In this document: positions 21,401 to 30,275 of the stretch, piece by piece
How the letters are laid out: each line of letters opens with the position of its first letter
Position numbering within the stretch: position 1 is the first letter of the stretch
Sequence record: NC_070870.1
Direction: 5' to 3' (one strand)
Origin: Escherichia phage phi G17
DNA length: 64,000 bases
The notes under the pieces: generated by a model
Told to the model about the DNA's origin: nothing
The model's database searches: none
Seen by the model: the letters and a program-made list of their open reading frames with translations, nothing else
Position numbers and translations under genes: made by a program

Positions 21401-21793
21401 TTAAATTGTGCAACCACCACCGTCACATGTGTTGTTTTCTGCAAAGGAAGCCAGTGCCTTAGCAGTCTCCTCTTTCTCATGCAGTGCCTGACGTAGCAGG
21501 TAACCTTCTAATTCCCAAATCTTATTGAATGCATTTTCATATGCATAACGACGACCTACCCACTCATCGTAGATAGCTGGGTCAACACAGGCAGATACGC
21601 CTTCAACTTTGAAGCCATTTTCCAGGATGATAGTGCAATAGGTTACTAGGCTCAGATTAGCCAAATCATCTTCCGGGATTGCAGAAGGGTTAGCGAATCC
21701 AGACTTCACTGCATCAGCACCATTGAAATAGTAGACGCTTTTAATTTTAGCTTCGATTGATTCTTTACTTACTGTTGCCATTATTAGCCTCAT
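21401..21793 (-). CDS. Hypothetical protein (130 aa)
   Basis: ORF, minus strand, downstream of terminator 21950..21976. Confidence 0.45.
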   Translation of the reverse strand: MRLIMATVSKESIEAKIKSVYYFNGADAVKSGFANPSAIPEDDLANLSLVTYCTIILENGFKVEGVSACVDPAIYDEWVGRRYAYENAFNKIWELEGYLLRQALHEKEETAKALASFAENNTCDGGGCTI

Positions 21794-21923
21794 AGAGTGG
21801 TTTGAGTTTGTACTTAAACATGACTGCGTTGTTATAGGCTACGCTACCTGCAAACACCAAGGACTTACGTCCTCGGTTATCCGTTACCTCATAGGCATAC
21901 GGGGTTAAGATTAGGTCAATCAT
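21765..21923 (-). CDS. Possible small ORF (about 52 aa from the ATG at 21923; track start 21950 is TTG inside the terminator T-run)
   Basis: Weak: short, overlaps next gene start. Confidence 0.2.
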   Translation of the reverse strand: MIDLILTPYAYEVTDNRGRKSLVFAGSVAYNNAVMFKYKLKPLYEANNGNSK

Positions 21924-21949
21924 CTTGGATGTCCAATTAACAATATTCA

Positions 21950-21976
21950 AATAAAAAAGTCCCTCCGAAGAGGGAC
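21950..21976 (-). terminator. Intrinsic terminator (minus strand) GTCCCTC-ttcg-GAGGGAC + TTTTTTAT
   Basis: Perfect 7-bp stem, UUCG-type loop, 6-T run on minus strand. Confidence 0.7.
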
Positions 21977-22135
21977 TTAGTAGCTTTTAATAGATAGCTG
22001 TATTTGAGCATTATAGTCTGCTCATACTCACACTCTTCTGTCGAAGAATATGTTTACAATATCTAGAGTGCCGGACTGTCTTACCGGCATTGTCTTTAGA
22101 GTGCTAAGCAATCAGGACTATGTTCTCTATTAATG

Positions 22136-22211
22136 GGTGCCCACTACTGGATTTGAACCAGTGACTTTCCGATTATTAGTCGGTTGCTTTCCCCGTCTAA
22201 GCTAAGTGGAC
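22136..22211 (-). tRNA. tRNA gene (minus strand), apparent anticodon AAT (Ile-like?), CCA not fully encoded
   Basis: By-eye cloverleaf: acceptor GTCCACT/AGTGGGC (one G-T pair), D-stem GCTT/AAGC, anticodon stem CCGA/TCGG with loop CTAATAA, T-arm ACTGG-TTCAAAT-CCAGT, discriminator A. Confidence 0.6.
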
Positions 22212-23260
22212 ATAATAGGGTGAGTCATGCCAGGCTCTAACTGGCTCCTTCTTCGCAATCCTTACATACCCCTACATAATTATTGCGTTAAGCTTTTTTG
22301 TTTAAGTTTAAGTGAAGGTGTTCTTGCTGACTCATAATACTTTCAATTCAGAGTAGCACTCACACAGGATTGTGCCTTTGAATACCGGGAAGTATAAACG
22401 AGTGCTACTTTGAATTGGTTCCCCGTTTCTAATACACGGACGGGGACACTCCATGGTCGTTTGATAATCAGGACGACTCACTCCTGACTGAGGTTACGCT
22501 GTTAGGCGACCATCAGATACGCTTCTTCGTTTGCATTTATGTTATTGGTTCGTTTCTAAAAAACCGCATAATCGCTACGAAAACTATCGGGGAGTGCACT
22601 AGCTCTGGGCCACGCTCGTGGACATCGACCTTCCTTCCACAGCTAATCAACTAATACACTCCCCTGTTAGGAAGCTGCCAGGGATTCCACCTGGCTCCAT
22701 CTGTTTTTAAAGTCACTCAGATATCGTCTGGACTTCCCATTGCCGTGGGATGTTGATAGAAATGAGAGGTTCTATCGGGGAGTACACTTACTCGACTGGT
22801 TAAACTATATCTATCCAGCTCCCCAGCAAATGTACTCCCCGATAGTCCATAATAGGAGGGAGGGGACGAATCCTCCCTTTATACCCTATGTTGCATGTAA
22901 GATCTAACAATTCGATGCTGTAGATAGCGATACTATCCGACATTAAACCCAGCCCCTGGGGGCTTGTGTGATTATAATGCTCAACATTGAGCGGTTAGTT
23001 GATAAGGGATCTGAAGCCTTATCCCAAAGATAATAACCTTTGGGATATAGCCTAAGATTCAGAAATGGCCCCTATATGGAGAGGCCATTGATTAACCCGA
23101 ATGTTGCTTTACATTTGCTGTGATAACCAGTTCTTAAAATAGTCTGTCTGACGGATGGGGAGCCACCCCTAGCGTCAGTGCCATACGGCAAAGATTAAGT
23201 TAAGAAAGGTTATGATAGGAGTTCCTATCTCAAAGGATTCTGACAGAACCCTTCACGATA
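22212..23260. other. ORF-free, highly structured region with repeated motif CTATCGGGGAGT(G/A)CACT and multiple long inverted repeats
   Basis: No ORF of 60 aa or more on either strand for about 1.05 kb; 15-bp perfect inverted repeat 22772..22786 / 22831..22845; paralogous copy at 22584..22600 with partner CACTCCCC at 22657..22664; many further stem-loops. Confidence 0.5.
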
Positions 23261-23431
23261 TTAACTACTCTTCTTCAGTGCTTCTACTTCACCATCTTTA
23301 TACCAGGCATATGGTATCAAGACTTTGCAGCCTTCTGAATCAATGTGGAATGCTTTGTTTCCTTCAACGGGTTCTCCACCCAGAAAAGAACTAACCTTTC
23401 CATTGTGCCAGTGAATAGTAAATTTGTTCAT
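23261..23431 (-). CDS. Small hypothetical protein (56 aa from ATG at 23431; track start 23527 is GTG)
   Basis: ATG with GAGG upstream. Confidence 0.35.
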   Translation of the reverse strand: MNKFTIHWHNGKVSSFLGGEPVEGNKAFHIDSEGCKVLIPYAWYKDGEVEALKKSS

Positions 23432-23662
23432 ATTAACCTCGGTTGAACCAATGGACTGGGGAGAGTATTCCAATCCACTGGTTCGGTTGTTGTTATTCTG
23501 GCGGCTTGTCACCACCGTGTTTACCACTGCATTTCCACAGGATAATGACAGTGATGATAAAAGCTATGTATGGAGCCGACACGTCTATAATCCTGACTAG
23601 TAGTAACATCAGGACTATAAACACTACCACACCTAGCAGCAGCTTCTGAGCCACCTACCAGA

Positions 23663-24163
23663 TTAACTACGTTTCAGGCCAGCGAACAGTGAAGGTTTCG
23701 CAGCAGGTTTCTCTGCTGGTTCTTCAACCTTAACTTCTTCCTGCACAGCTTCTTCGTGTGCATCTGGTTCAGTTGTTGCTTCTTCTTCTTCAGCAACTTC
23801 TTCTTCAGGTTCCGGCGTAGAACTCTCGTTCTGACCACCAACTGAGGTCGGGGCATCTACTTTCAGTTCCAGAGGTGCTCCCTCCTTTACCGATTCGGTA
23901 ACAACTTGTTCACCAACCTCAGGTTCTGGGGTTGAGTCAACAGGACGATGTTTGGCTTCTTGTGGATTCTTGCGAGGACGGCGGGTCTTCTTCTCTACCA
24001 CGGGTGGAGTGTCATCATCATGACCGACCTCTTCATTGATGCCAACGGAGGCAGTACCATCTGAATTCACCAGGATACTAATGTCCCCGGCAAGATTAAC
24101 TTGTTCATTTACGTAAGCTTCAATAGCAGCTTCTACTTCGGACTGATTCAGGACGATTTGCAT
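23663..24163 (-). CDS. Hypothetical protein with about 40-aa N-terminal domain and long acidic P/E-rich tail (166 aa)
   Basis: ATG at 24163; C-terminal two thirds are low-complexity E/P/K/V-rich. Confidence 0.5.
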   Translation of the reverse strand: MQIVLNQSEVEAAIEAYVNEQVNLAGDISILVNSDGTASVGINEEVGHDDDTPPVVEKKTRRPRKNPQEAKHRPVDSTPEPEVGEQVVTESVKEGAPLELKVDAPTSVGGQNESSTPEPEEEVAEEEEATTEPDAHEEAVQEEVKVEEPAEKPAAKPSLFAGLKRS

Positions 24164-24164
24164 A

Positions 24165-24719
24165 TTATGCCTTTATTAATTTAATGAGGTTCTGGAAAGC
24201 TGGGAGATTTACACCAGCGTGAATTGCACCGATTGCATCAGCTAAGTGCTCATTCTTATTTAGAAGTTTGCCTTTCTTATCTGTGAGCCAGTTGGCTTCT
24301 GGATAGATGGCATGAGCAGCACGAATCATCGTGTCTTTGGATGCAGTTTTATCTCCGACCAGTGCAAGTTTGTTTTCAATTGGGGATACTTCAAAGATTG
24401 GACAACCCAATGCACGGAATGCACCGATTAATCCTACGCATACGCCATAGGATTTCATACCGTTAGCAGACTGAGAGCCTACTGGTACTTCTACGAATAC
24501 TGCTTTAGCAGACCGTAACCATTCCTCACAACCAAGAAACAAATCATAAGAGGCTTGTATATCTTTGGAGTTGGTTCGAACTTGCTTGTTGTGGTCAACT
24601 TCAGTTTGAACCAGTTTAAGTTCGACTTGCTCGAAGACGCCGGACTCAATGTCCAGCATCCCACGAGCTAATCCCCAATTGCGGAGACTAATGTCTGCAC
24701 CGACAATTGGGATTTTCAT
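24165..24719 (-). CDS. RuvC-like Holliday-junction resolvase (184 aa)
   Basis: N-terminal IVGADISLRNWGLA and C-terminal EHLADAIGAIHAG resemble RuvC catalytic motifs. Confidence 0.55.
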   Translation of the reverse strand: MKIPIVGADISLRNWGLARGMLDIESGVFEQVELKLVQTEVDHNKQVRTNSKDIQASYDLFLGCEEWLRSAKAVFVEVPVGSQSANGMKSYGVCVGLIGAFRALGCPIFEVSPIENKLALVGDKTASKDTMIRAAHAIYPEANWLTDKKGKLLNKNEHLADAIGAIHAGVNLPAFQNLIKLIKA

Positions 24720-25516
24720 TAACGTTTACCGAACAGAGATTTACCACCTGCCGGAGCAGAACTTGTACTAGCACCTGGTTTAGGAGGCAAGCCACCTTTA
24801 CCATTACCACCAGTAGAACCCTTGGTCTTATCGCGGGTTTTACCTTTGTTCTTTTCCAGCCATGCTGCATAGAATACAGCCAGTTCTGGGGTCAGTTCTT
24901 TCTCAGCCTTCTCTGCTTCCTGAGCCTCGACGACTGTGACCAGCAGTTCCGGGTGAAACACTTTCTGAATCTCGTTTACTTCACGAGTTTCACCAGAGTC
25001 AACGTAACCGTTGTCACCCTTAACCTGCTTAGCTTCCAGAACCTTTTCCAGAGCGAAGGTAACAGTCTGACCAACCAGATCAACTGGAACCATGACGGAC
25101 TTGTTGGTTTCTGCTTTTAGGTCAAAGTCATAGACTTTAACAATCTTCTCTTCGAAGTCTGCATCCGGTAGTTCATTACCAGTAGCCATCAACATCATGT
25201 CGTTAATGACAGTGTAACCAGGCAGGAAGTATTCTTTACCGTTCTTCTCATAAGTCGGCTTATTGCCTTTAGCATTACCAGAAGTGAAGTACACCTGAGC
25301 ACGGAACTCACCGGCACTATTGCCAGCAGAACCTTTCAGGTCTTCAATGATTAACTGCATCCAGTCTGCACCAGAGTCTGCTTTACCTACGTAAGCCACT
25401 TTGACAGTACCGGTGTAGATATCAGATTCTTTAGCGCCGAAGCCACCACCACCAAGGGAGTCTTTAGCAGCTTCAACGTTTTGGGTTTTTTCTTTCAAGT
25501 TACCGAACAGTGACAT
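24719..25516 (-). CDS. Putative single-stranded DNA-binding protein (265 aa)
   Basis: Size and position match N4-type SSB; Gly-rich N-terminus and Gly/Pro/Lys-rich C-terminal tail; AGGAAA upstream. Confidence 0.5.
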   Translation of the reverse strand: MSLFGNLKEKTQNVEAAKDSLGGGGFGAKESDIYTGTVKVAYVGKADSGADWMQLIIEDLKGSAGNSAGEFRAQVYFTSGNAKGNKPTYEKNGKEYFLPGYTVINDMMLMATGNELPDADFEEKIVKVYDFDLKAETNKSVMVPVDLVGQTVTFALEKVLEAKQVKGDNGYVDSGETREVNEIQKVFHPELLVTVVEAQEAEKAEKELTPELAVFYAAWLEKNKGKTRDKTKGSTGGNGKGGLPPKPGASTSSAPAGGKSLFGKR

Positions 25517-25557
25517 AATATTTTTTCCTAATAAGTGATTAACAACCAGGCAAACGC

Positions 25558-26310
25558 TTAAGCGTAGTATTCAGCCAGATGGTCTAAAAGTTTTTGAGCG
25601 TCATTATCAATGTACGTCTCGGATTTATCGAACATACCCATCGGTGAACGTAAGCGTTTACCAACAGACTTCTTGGTTGGGCGAGTCTGGAATACATGCT
25701 TATAACCTAAGTCACGCTCTTCTTCAGTAATTTCAAGCATCTTGTTGCCATACTTCTCCAGTTCCTTGATGTCTACACGCTCAGCGTAAACCACTGTAGA
25801 GAAATAAGCCTCAAGGCCATTGTTCTTCAGGGAGCCTTTGACCGGGATGAATGTTTTCATCACACCGGCAGCTTCATCGAGTTCATCTTTGGCATGGGCA
25901 GTAATGATTACTGGCTTACCAAACTTAACGACTTTCTGTTGCAGCAGTACTTTAAAGAACTGTGCAAAGTCTCCCCAGGCTTTCTGGGTATTAGCAGATG
26001 GTAATACATACTGGGATTCCAGCATGTCCATCATGAAGGTAGCAGAGTCGATAATGATGCCATCAACATCGTCTGCCATTTCACCACCTGGAGATGCAAC
26101 ATCGAATGCTTCCCAAATCTGATATGGGTCTTCAATGTTGTAGGTGTTGAACTTATTACGGAAAGGCAGTCGCTTACCTGCTTCTGTATTCAGATACAGC
26201 CAGCGTTCCTGGTTCCTGATATTACGCAGTGATGCTGATTTACCACTCGCTGAGAATCCTGCAATCAGGATTAGCTGAGTGTTCATATCGTTGGAGATTT
26301 CTTCGGACAT
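25558..26310 (-). CDS. P-loop NTPase (250 aa), possibly RecA/Sak4-like
   Basis: Walker A-like LILIAGFSASGKSAS near N-terminus. Confidence 0.45.
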   Translation of the reverse strand: MSEEISNDMNTQLILIAGFSASGKSASLRNIRNQERWLYLNTEAGKRLPFRNKFNTYNIEDPYQIWEAFDVASPGGEMADDVDGIIIDSATFMMDMLESQYVLPSANTQKAWGDFAQFFKVLLQQKVVKFGKPVIITAHAKDELDEAAGVMKTFIPVKGSLKNNGLEAYFSTVVYAERVDIKELEKYGNKMLEITEEERDLGYKHVFQTRPTKKSVGKRLRSPMGMFDKSETYIDNDAQKLLDHLAEYYA

Positions 26311-26366
26311 TATTTTTCCTCGTTTAGTTTAGGAGTCCTTCAAACCAAAGAAAGACTCCTGTTTGC

Positions 26367-28520
26367 TTATTTGCCAGCGAAGCGTTTAGCCACGGTGACC
26401 ATTACGGTTGCATTCAATTCATCATCTGGTAATGGATTAGCCAGTTTCTTATTGAACGAGTAGACGGCTTGCTGTACTTGAGCAAAGTCCCAACCACTGT
26501 CTACTAATGCCAGTGCGTACTTAATCATTTGATTATTACGATTACCGGAGGCAATACGACCAGCGAACCAACGCTCCAGATTGTCTAACGACTGTACTTC
26601 CTTCATCTGGTTCTGGAACTGTTCGTTCTTACTGGTACGAGGAATAAAGTCACGTACATCCAACAGATTCGCATCAAGGTTGTAATGATAGGAACCAGTT
26701 TCACAGGACATCCACTTCTTGGCTCGTTGGTTAGCAGACTCATCCGTTTCGAATGGTAGCCAAGCCATAACGTTATTCATGAACTCTTTGTATTCCACAG
26801 TGTCGAGGTGCAACTCATAGTTCATTGGGATAATCAGACGGAAGCGGTTCTCTTCGTCGGAATGACGCTTAGTGGTATAGGTCATGAACTTATATTCCTT
26901 CATCAGTTCATGGCACGTATGCAGTGGTACTCCACCATCACAGTCAATAACAATCATGTTAAATCCTGGAATCACGTTCTCTTCAGAACGATGTCCATTC
27001 TTCATGTGATGGTTTACCCAGTGCATACCGGGAGCTTGGGTTAATACATGTAGCTGGTCAAACGGTACACGTTCACCAACATAGTCATAAGCAAAGCTAT
27101 CACTATAAGCCACCAGCATCTCATTGGTGTCAGTCTCTTTCAGAGTCTCACCACGGAAGAACTCAATACCTTCATTGAATGTCTTCTTAATAATGATGTG
27201 CTGTTTGTAACCCCATGCTGTAGCAAGAGTCATCATCTCATTACGAGCTGCATTGCCACTCTTATAGAACGGCAGTGACTCCAGTAAGTCAGCATGAGTC
27301 ACTTCTTTGCCTACGGAAGCAATGTACTTAGCCAGCTTAACATAGGCTTTCTCACGATTAAGGATAGTCTGGAAAGCTGCCCCGGATTCTTCTACGAGCA
27401 GGATTGCTTGTTTAAGATGAGCCATCTCAATGAATGAACTCTGGTCAACAAACGCCAGTGCACCTGCCAGCTTAAGAGCTTTGAAGTAACGGTGGGAGAT
27501 TTCAGCTTTACGAATTTCTTCGTGGTCTGCCATAGCTTCTGCTTGTTTCTCACAATCAATTTTGTAAGTAATCAGAGCAATACCCACTGCATCTTCCACA
27601 ATCATCTTAAAGCCAAACAGGTTTGGGTCAGCCAGACTATGAAAGTGGTTAGCCCACTTGCCAAGAGACTGAACGTTATCCTGCTTAATCAGGTTACGGT
27701 AGATTTCTTCCGGGGTCAGCGTTGCATGTGCTCGCTTGTCTAAGTGCCCAATGGCAAACAGACAACGACGTGCATACCCCGTATCAAGGAAGTCATAGAA
27801 CTGGTCTTCAGTCTGACCACCATCCAGCAGCTTACTCGGAGTACCGAATAGCAGCAGGTTAGCGGGAGTCTTACCATCCAGTTCTTCACCACGTACACTT
27901 TCAGCAGTGTTCTTGGTTAACTTCTGTTTTACTTTCCCTTGGTCATACAACTCAAGGAACAGGTTAAGTACTTCAACGTTGGCAATGAGGTTGGAACCAA
28001 TCTCATCAATCTGTAAGTTGATGCCACCACAACCAGCCATAAGCAGTTTGTGACGAAGTTGCTTTACAGCAGGTGCTGTACCAGAGTCGAACGTGAACGG
28101 GAATGCCCCAGCACGCTTATACTCTGCTTCAACTTTATCGAACTCTTCTTGCTGGTCAGTACCCTGACGTGCAGAACGTTCGTTAGCAATCTTCCACAGA
28201 CGGTCATTTGCAATGACGGGCATGGTGTCTTCCATAAAACGTTTACGGAAGCCAGTCATGAATCCGTCTTCAATGATATTTACCGAGTGACCTTTACCGA
28301 AACCAGATGTAGCCAACGCCATAGCGTAGATGTTTACTGGCAGGTCACCACGGTCTTTAGTTACGATGGTTGCACCCATGCAGGATGCCATTTTAGCCAA
28401 GAAGTAGGCCACTTCGACACGGAAAAATCCCCGGTCGTTATTCTGGGTTTTATTGCAGAGCACATCTACGATTTCTTCAATCGCCGGATGGTGCACTACT
28501 CCGGTAAGGTCAATACTCAT
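26367..28520 (-). CDS. Large replication-associated protein, possibly primase (about 717 aa from ATG at 28520; track start 28577 is TTG)
   Basis: ATG at 28520 overlaps upstream stop (ATGA); location between nuclease and SSB block; no catalytic motif confidently recognised. Confidence 0.35.
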   Translation of the reverse strand: MSIDLTGVVHHPAIEEIVDVLCNKTQNNDRGFFRVEVAYFLAKMASCMGATIVTKDRGDLPVNIYAMALATSGFGKGHSVNIIEDGFMTGFRKRFMEDTMPVIANDRLWKIANERSARQGTDQQEEFDKVEAEYKRAGAFPFTFDSGTAPAVKQLRHKLLMAGCGGINLQIDEIGSNLIANVEVLNLFLELYDQGKVKQKLTKNTAESVRGEELDGKTPANLLLFGTPSKLLDGGQTEDQFYDFLDTGYARRCLFAIGHLDKRAHATLTPEEIYRNLIKQDNVQSLGKWANHFHSLADPNLFGFKMIVEDAVGIALITYKIDCEKQAEAMADHEEIRKAEISHRYFKALKLAGALAFVDQSSFIEMAHLKQAILLVEESGAAFQTILNREKAYVKLAKYIASVGKEVTHADLLESLPFYKSGNAARNEMMTLATAWGYKQHIIIKKTFNEGIEFFRGETLKETDTNEMLVAYSDSFAYDYVGERVPFDQLHVLTQAPGMHWVNHHMKNGHRSEENVIPGFNMIVIDCDGGVPLHTCHELMKEYKFMTYTTKRHSDEENRFRLIIPMNYELHLDTVEYKEFMNNVMAWLPFETDESANQRAKKWMSCETGSYHYNLDANLLDVRDFIPRTSKNEQFQNQMKEVQSLDNLERWFAGRIASGNRNNQMIKYALALVDSGWDFAQVQQAVYSFNKKLANPLPDDELNATVMVTVAKRFAGK

Positions 28521-29569
28521 GATGGAAAATATCTCTCTCTTTGTTTGCAAATGGACGCGACAGGGCAATATAAACAACGTTTAACCTGCCCCTCCACGAC
28601 TTTGATAGCACCCTTGCCACCTTTTTCAGCCATGAAGATACGAGCAGATGCCATATCATCAAAGTTTTTGGTACTTCTGGCTCCGGGCATATCTACCTTA
28701 GAAGCATCAGAGAAGTATTTAAACTGTGGCTCTGTTCGCCACAACTCCTCGTCAGTACATTCAGGGATTTCCTCTTCAGGTGCATCCCAGTACTTTTCGA
28801 TTAAGTGAATCTTCTCTTCCACCCAACGTTCAGTCTTCTCAGCAGACAGCAACGGAATATCCTTATGCATAATACGATTAGCAGGATAGTTCGGATTGCT
28901 ATTAGCCATGTGTTTCATGAAGTCGGTGAAGATGTAGTTAATACGGATTACATCCTCGGTAATGATGTCGTTGTGAATCCAACGGTACAAGCTGCCTTGC
29001 ATCTTATGTTCATCATCACGGGAACCAGCAACCCAGGAATAGGTTGAGGTAGACTTGAAGTCTTGTAACAGACCTTCCGTTACGATGTCGAACTTACCAC
29101 CGATGGTCCAACCCTTAACTACCTTGGTTCCACGTTGTTCAATGTAGATTGGGATAAGGTCTGGGTTAGCAGCAAAGTCTGCTTTGGTTGGGTTAATGAC
29201 TACTGCATCAATTACTCGCTGAGGATAACCCAGCTTCTTCAATGCAGTCTTATGACCTAGCTTCCAGGCTTTCTCGATAGAGTCATGTAAGCCAGTTCCC
29301 ATTGATGTGGAGACGAAATCCATAACATCAATAGACTGGTCACTAAAATCTACACGATGTTTCATGACTATTTGCTTAAGTGGTTTAAGCAATGTAGTAG
29401 CAGACAGATACTTAGGATTGTCTACGTAATCATACTCATCATGTAATAGCCATACAGCCAGAGCCAGCGAGACATCATGATTGTTGGTTATCTTCATTAG
29501 TAAGTAATCCTGTAACGATAAATATCTGCCCACCTGATAGATTGGAAATGTAGTTCTCCTGGAAAGCAT
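28517..29569 (-). CDS. PD-(D/E)xK-type nuclease with C-terminal Cys cluster (Cas4/RecB-like exonuclease, 350 aa)
   Basis: GKFDIV...LQDFKST nuclease-like core; C-terminal CLYCPVASIC plus upstream Cys suggests a 4-Cys cluster. Confidence 0.5.
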   Translation of the reverse strand: MLSRRTTFPIYQVGRYLSLQDYLLMKITNNHDVSLALAVWLLHDEYDYVDNPKYLSATTLLKPLKQIVMKHRVDFSDQSIDVMDFVSTSMGTGLHDSIEKAWKLGHKTALKKLGYPQRVIDAVVINPTKADFAANPDLIPIYIEQRGTKVVKGWTIGGKFDIVTEGLLQDFKSTSTYSWVAGSRDDEHKMQGSLYRWIHNDIITEDVIRINYIFTDFMKHMANSNPNYPANRIMHKDIPLLSAEKTERWVEEKIHLIEKYWDAPEEEIPECTDEELWRTEPQFKYFSDASKVDMPGARSTKNFDDMASARIFMAEKGGKGAIKVVEGQVKRCLYCPVASICKQRERYFPS

Positions 29570-29970
29570 GTGTACGTTTTACAATGGTTTATGTACTCAT
29601 ACTCAATCTTCTTCCACTTACACATGAAGGATGGTCTTTCATTACTGTAAACCCAATCGGTACTGGATTCTTCCAACTTATCTATTTCACCACTATCCTT
29701 AGAATCAATATAAGCTTTAACAAGTAGACGATTAGCGTAATGAACTAGCTTCTCACAGTCATAGACTGTAGTGTTTCCAGGTTTACCATTACCCATACGG
29801 GCAGCAGCATTTCGCCATAGAGCCTTAAAGGCACAACCTTCATCGAAGGTCATGCCCAGTGCTTGGATAATATCTTCACACTCTGCTTGGTATGGCTCTT
29901 GCTCTTTCCGTTGGGGATTCTTAATCGGAACTACATAGTAGTTATTAAGACCACCGGAGAGCTTAGTCAT
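29497..29970 (-). CDS. Hypothetical protein (157 aa)
   Basis: ORF; overlaps downstream gene start. Confidence 0.4.
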   Translation of the reverse strand: MTKLSGGLNNYYVVPIKNPQRKEQEPYQAECEDIIQALGMTFDEGCAFKALWRNAAARMGNGKPGNTTVYDCEKLVHYANRLLVKAYIDSKDSGEIDKLEESSTDWVYSNERPSFMCKWKKIEYEYINHCKTYTCFPGELHFQSIRWADIYRYRITY

Positions 29971-30275
29971 TATTCCCCCTTGGGAACCATGTTTGCTTGG
30001 AACTCAGGTTCAGACATCAGGCCCAGGTTGTTGATAGACAGATAAACAATATCTTTCAGGTCAACCGAGGTGTCGAAACGCTGGTCCAGACTAATCTTCA
30101 GAGAGTGATTGGCACGGGCCAAATCTTTATAGGTCACATGAGGTTCGGCAGTGAGCAGCATTGTATTCATGGTAAGCAGGGAACCATCATCAGCTTTAGG
30201 AAGCTGGAAGATTACCTGTGCTGCTACCATCCAATGATATTTTTTGACGACGGTTTCTTTAGTACTTTTAGTCAT
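29970..30275 (-). CDS. Hypothetical protein (101 aa)
   Basis: ORF between DNA polymerase fragment and 157-aa ORF. Confidence 0.4.
   Translation of the reverse strand: MTKSTKETVVKKYHWMVAAQVIFQLPKADDGSLLTMNTMLLTAEPHVTYKDLARANHSLKISLDQRFDTSVDLKDIVYLSINNLGLMSEPEFQANMVPKGE

Noticed and set aside
22212-23260. Possibility that the structured region is a CRISPR array or additional canonical tRNAs
   Set aside because: Repeats are inverted and not regularly spaced; only one canonical T-loop (GGTTCAAATCC) was found (the tRNA at 22136..22211); other candidates lack a T-arm.
28050-29047. Plus-strand ORFs of 252 aa and 80 aa overlapping the minus-strand nuclease and replication genes
   Set aside because: Antisense to genes with recognisable motifs (Cys-cluster nuclease); low-complexity translation; considered spurious.
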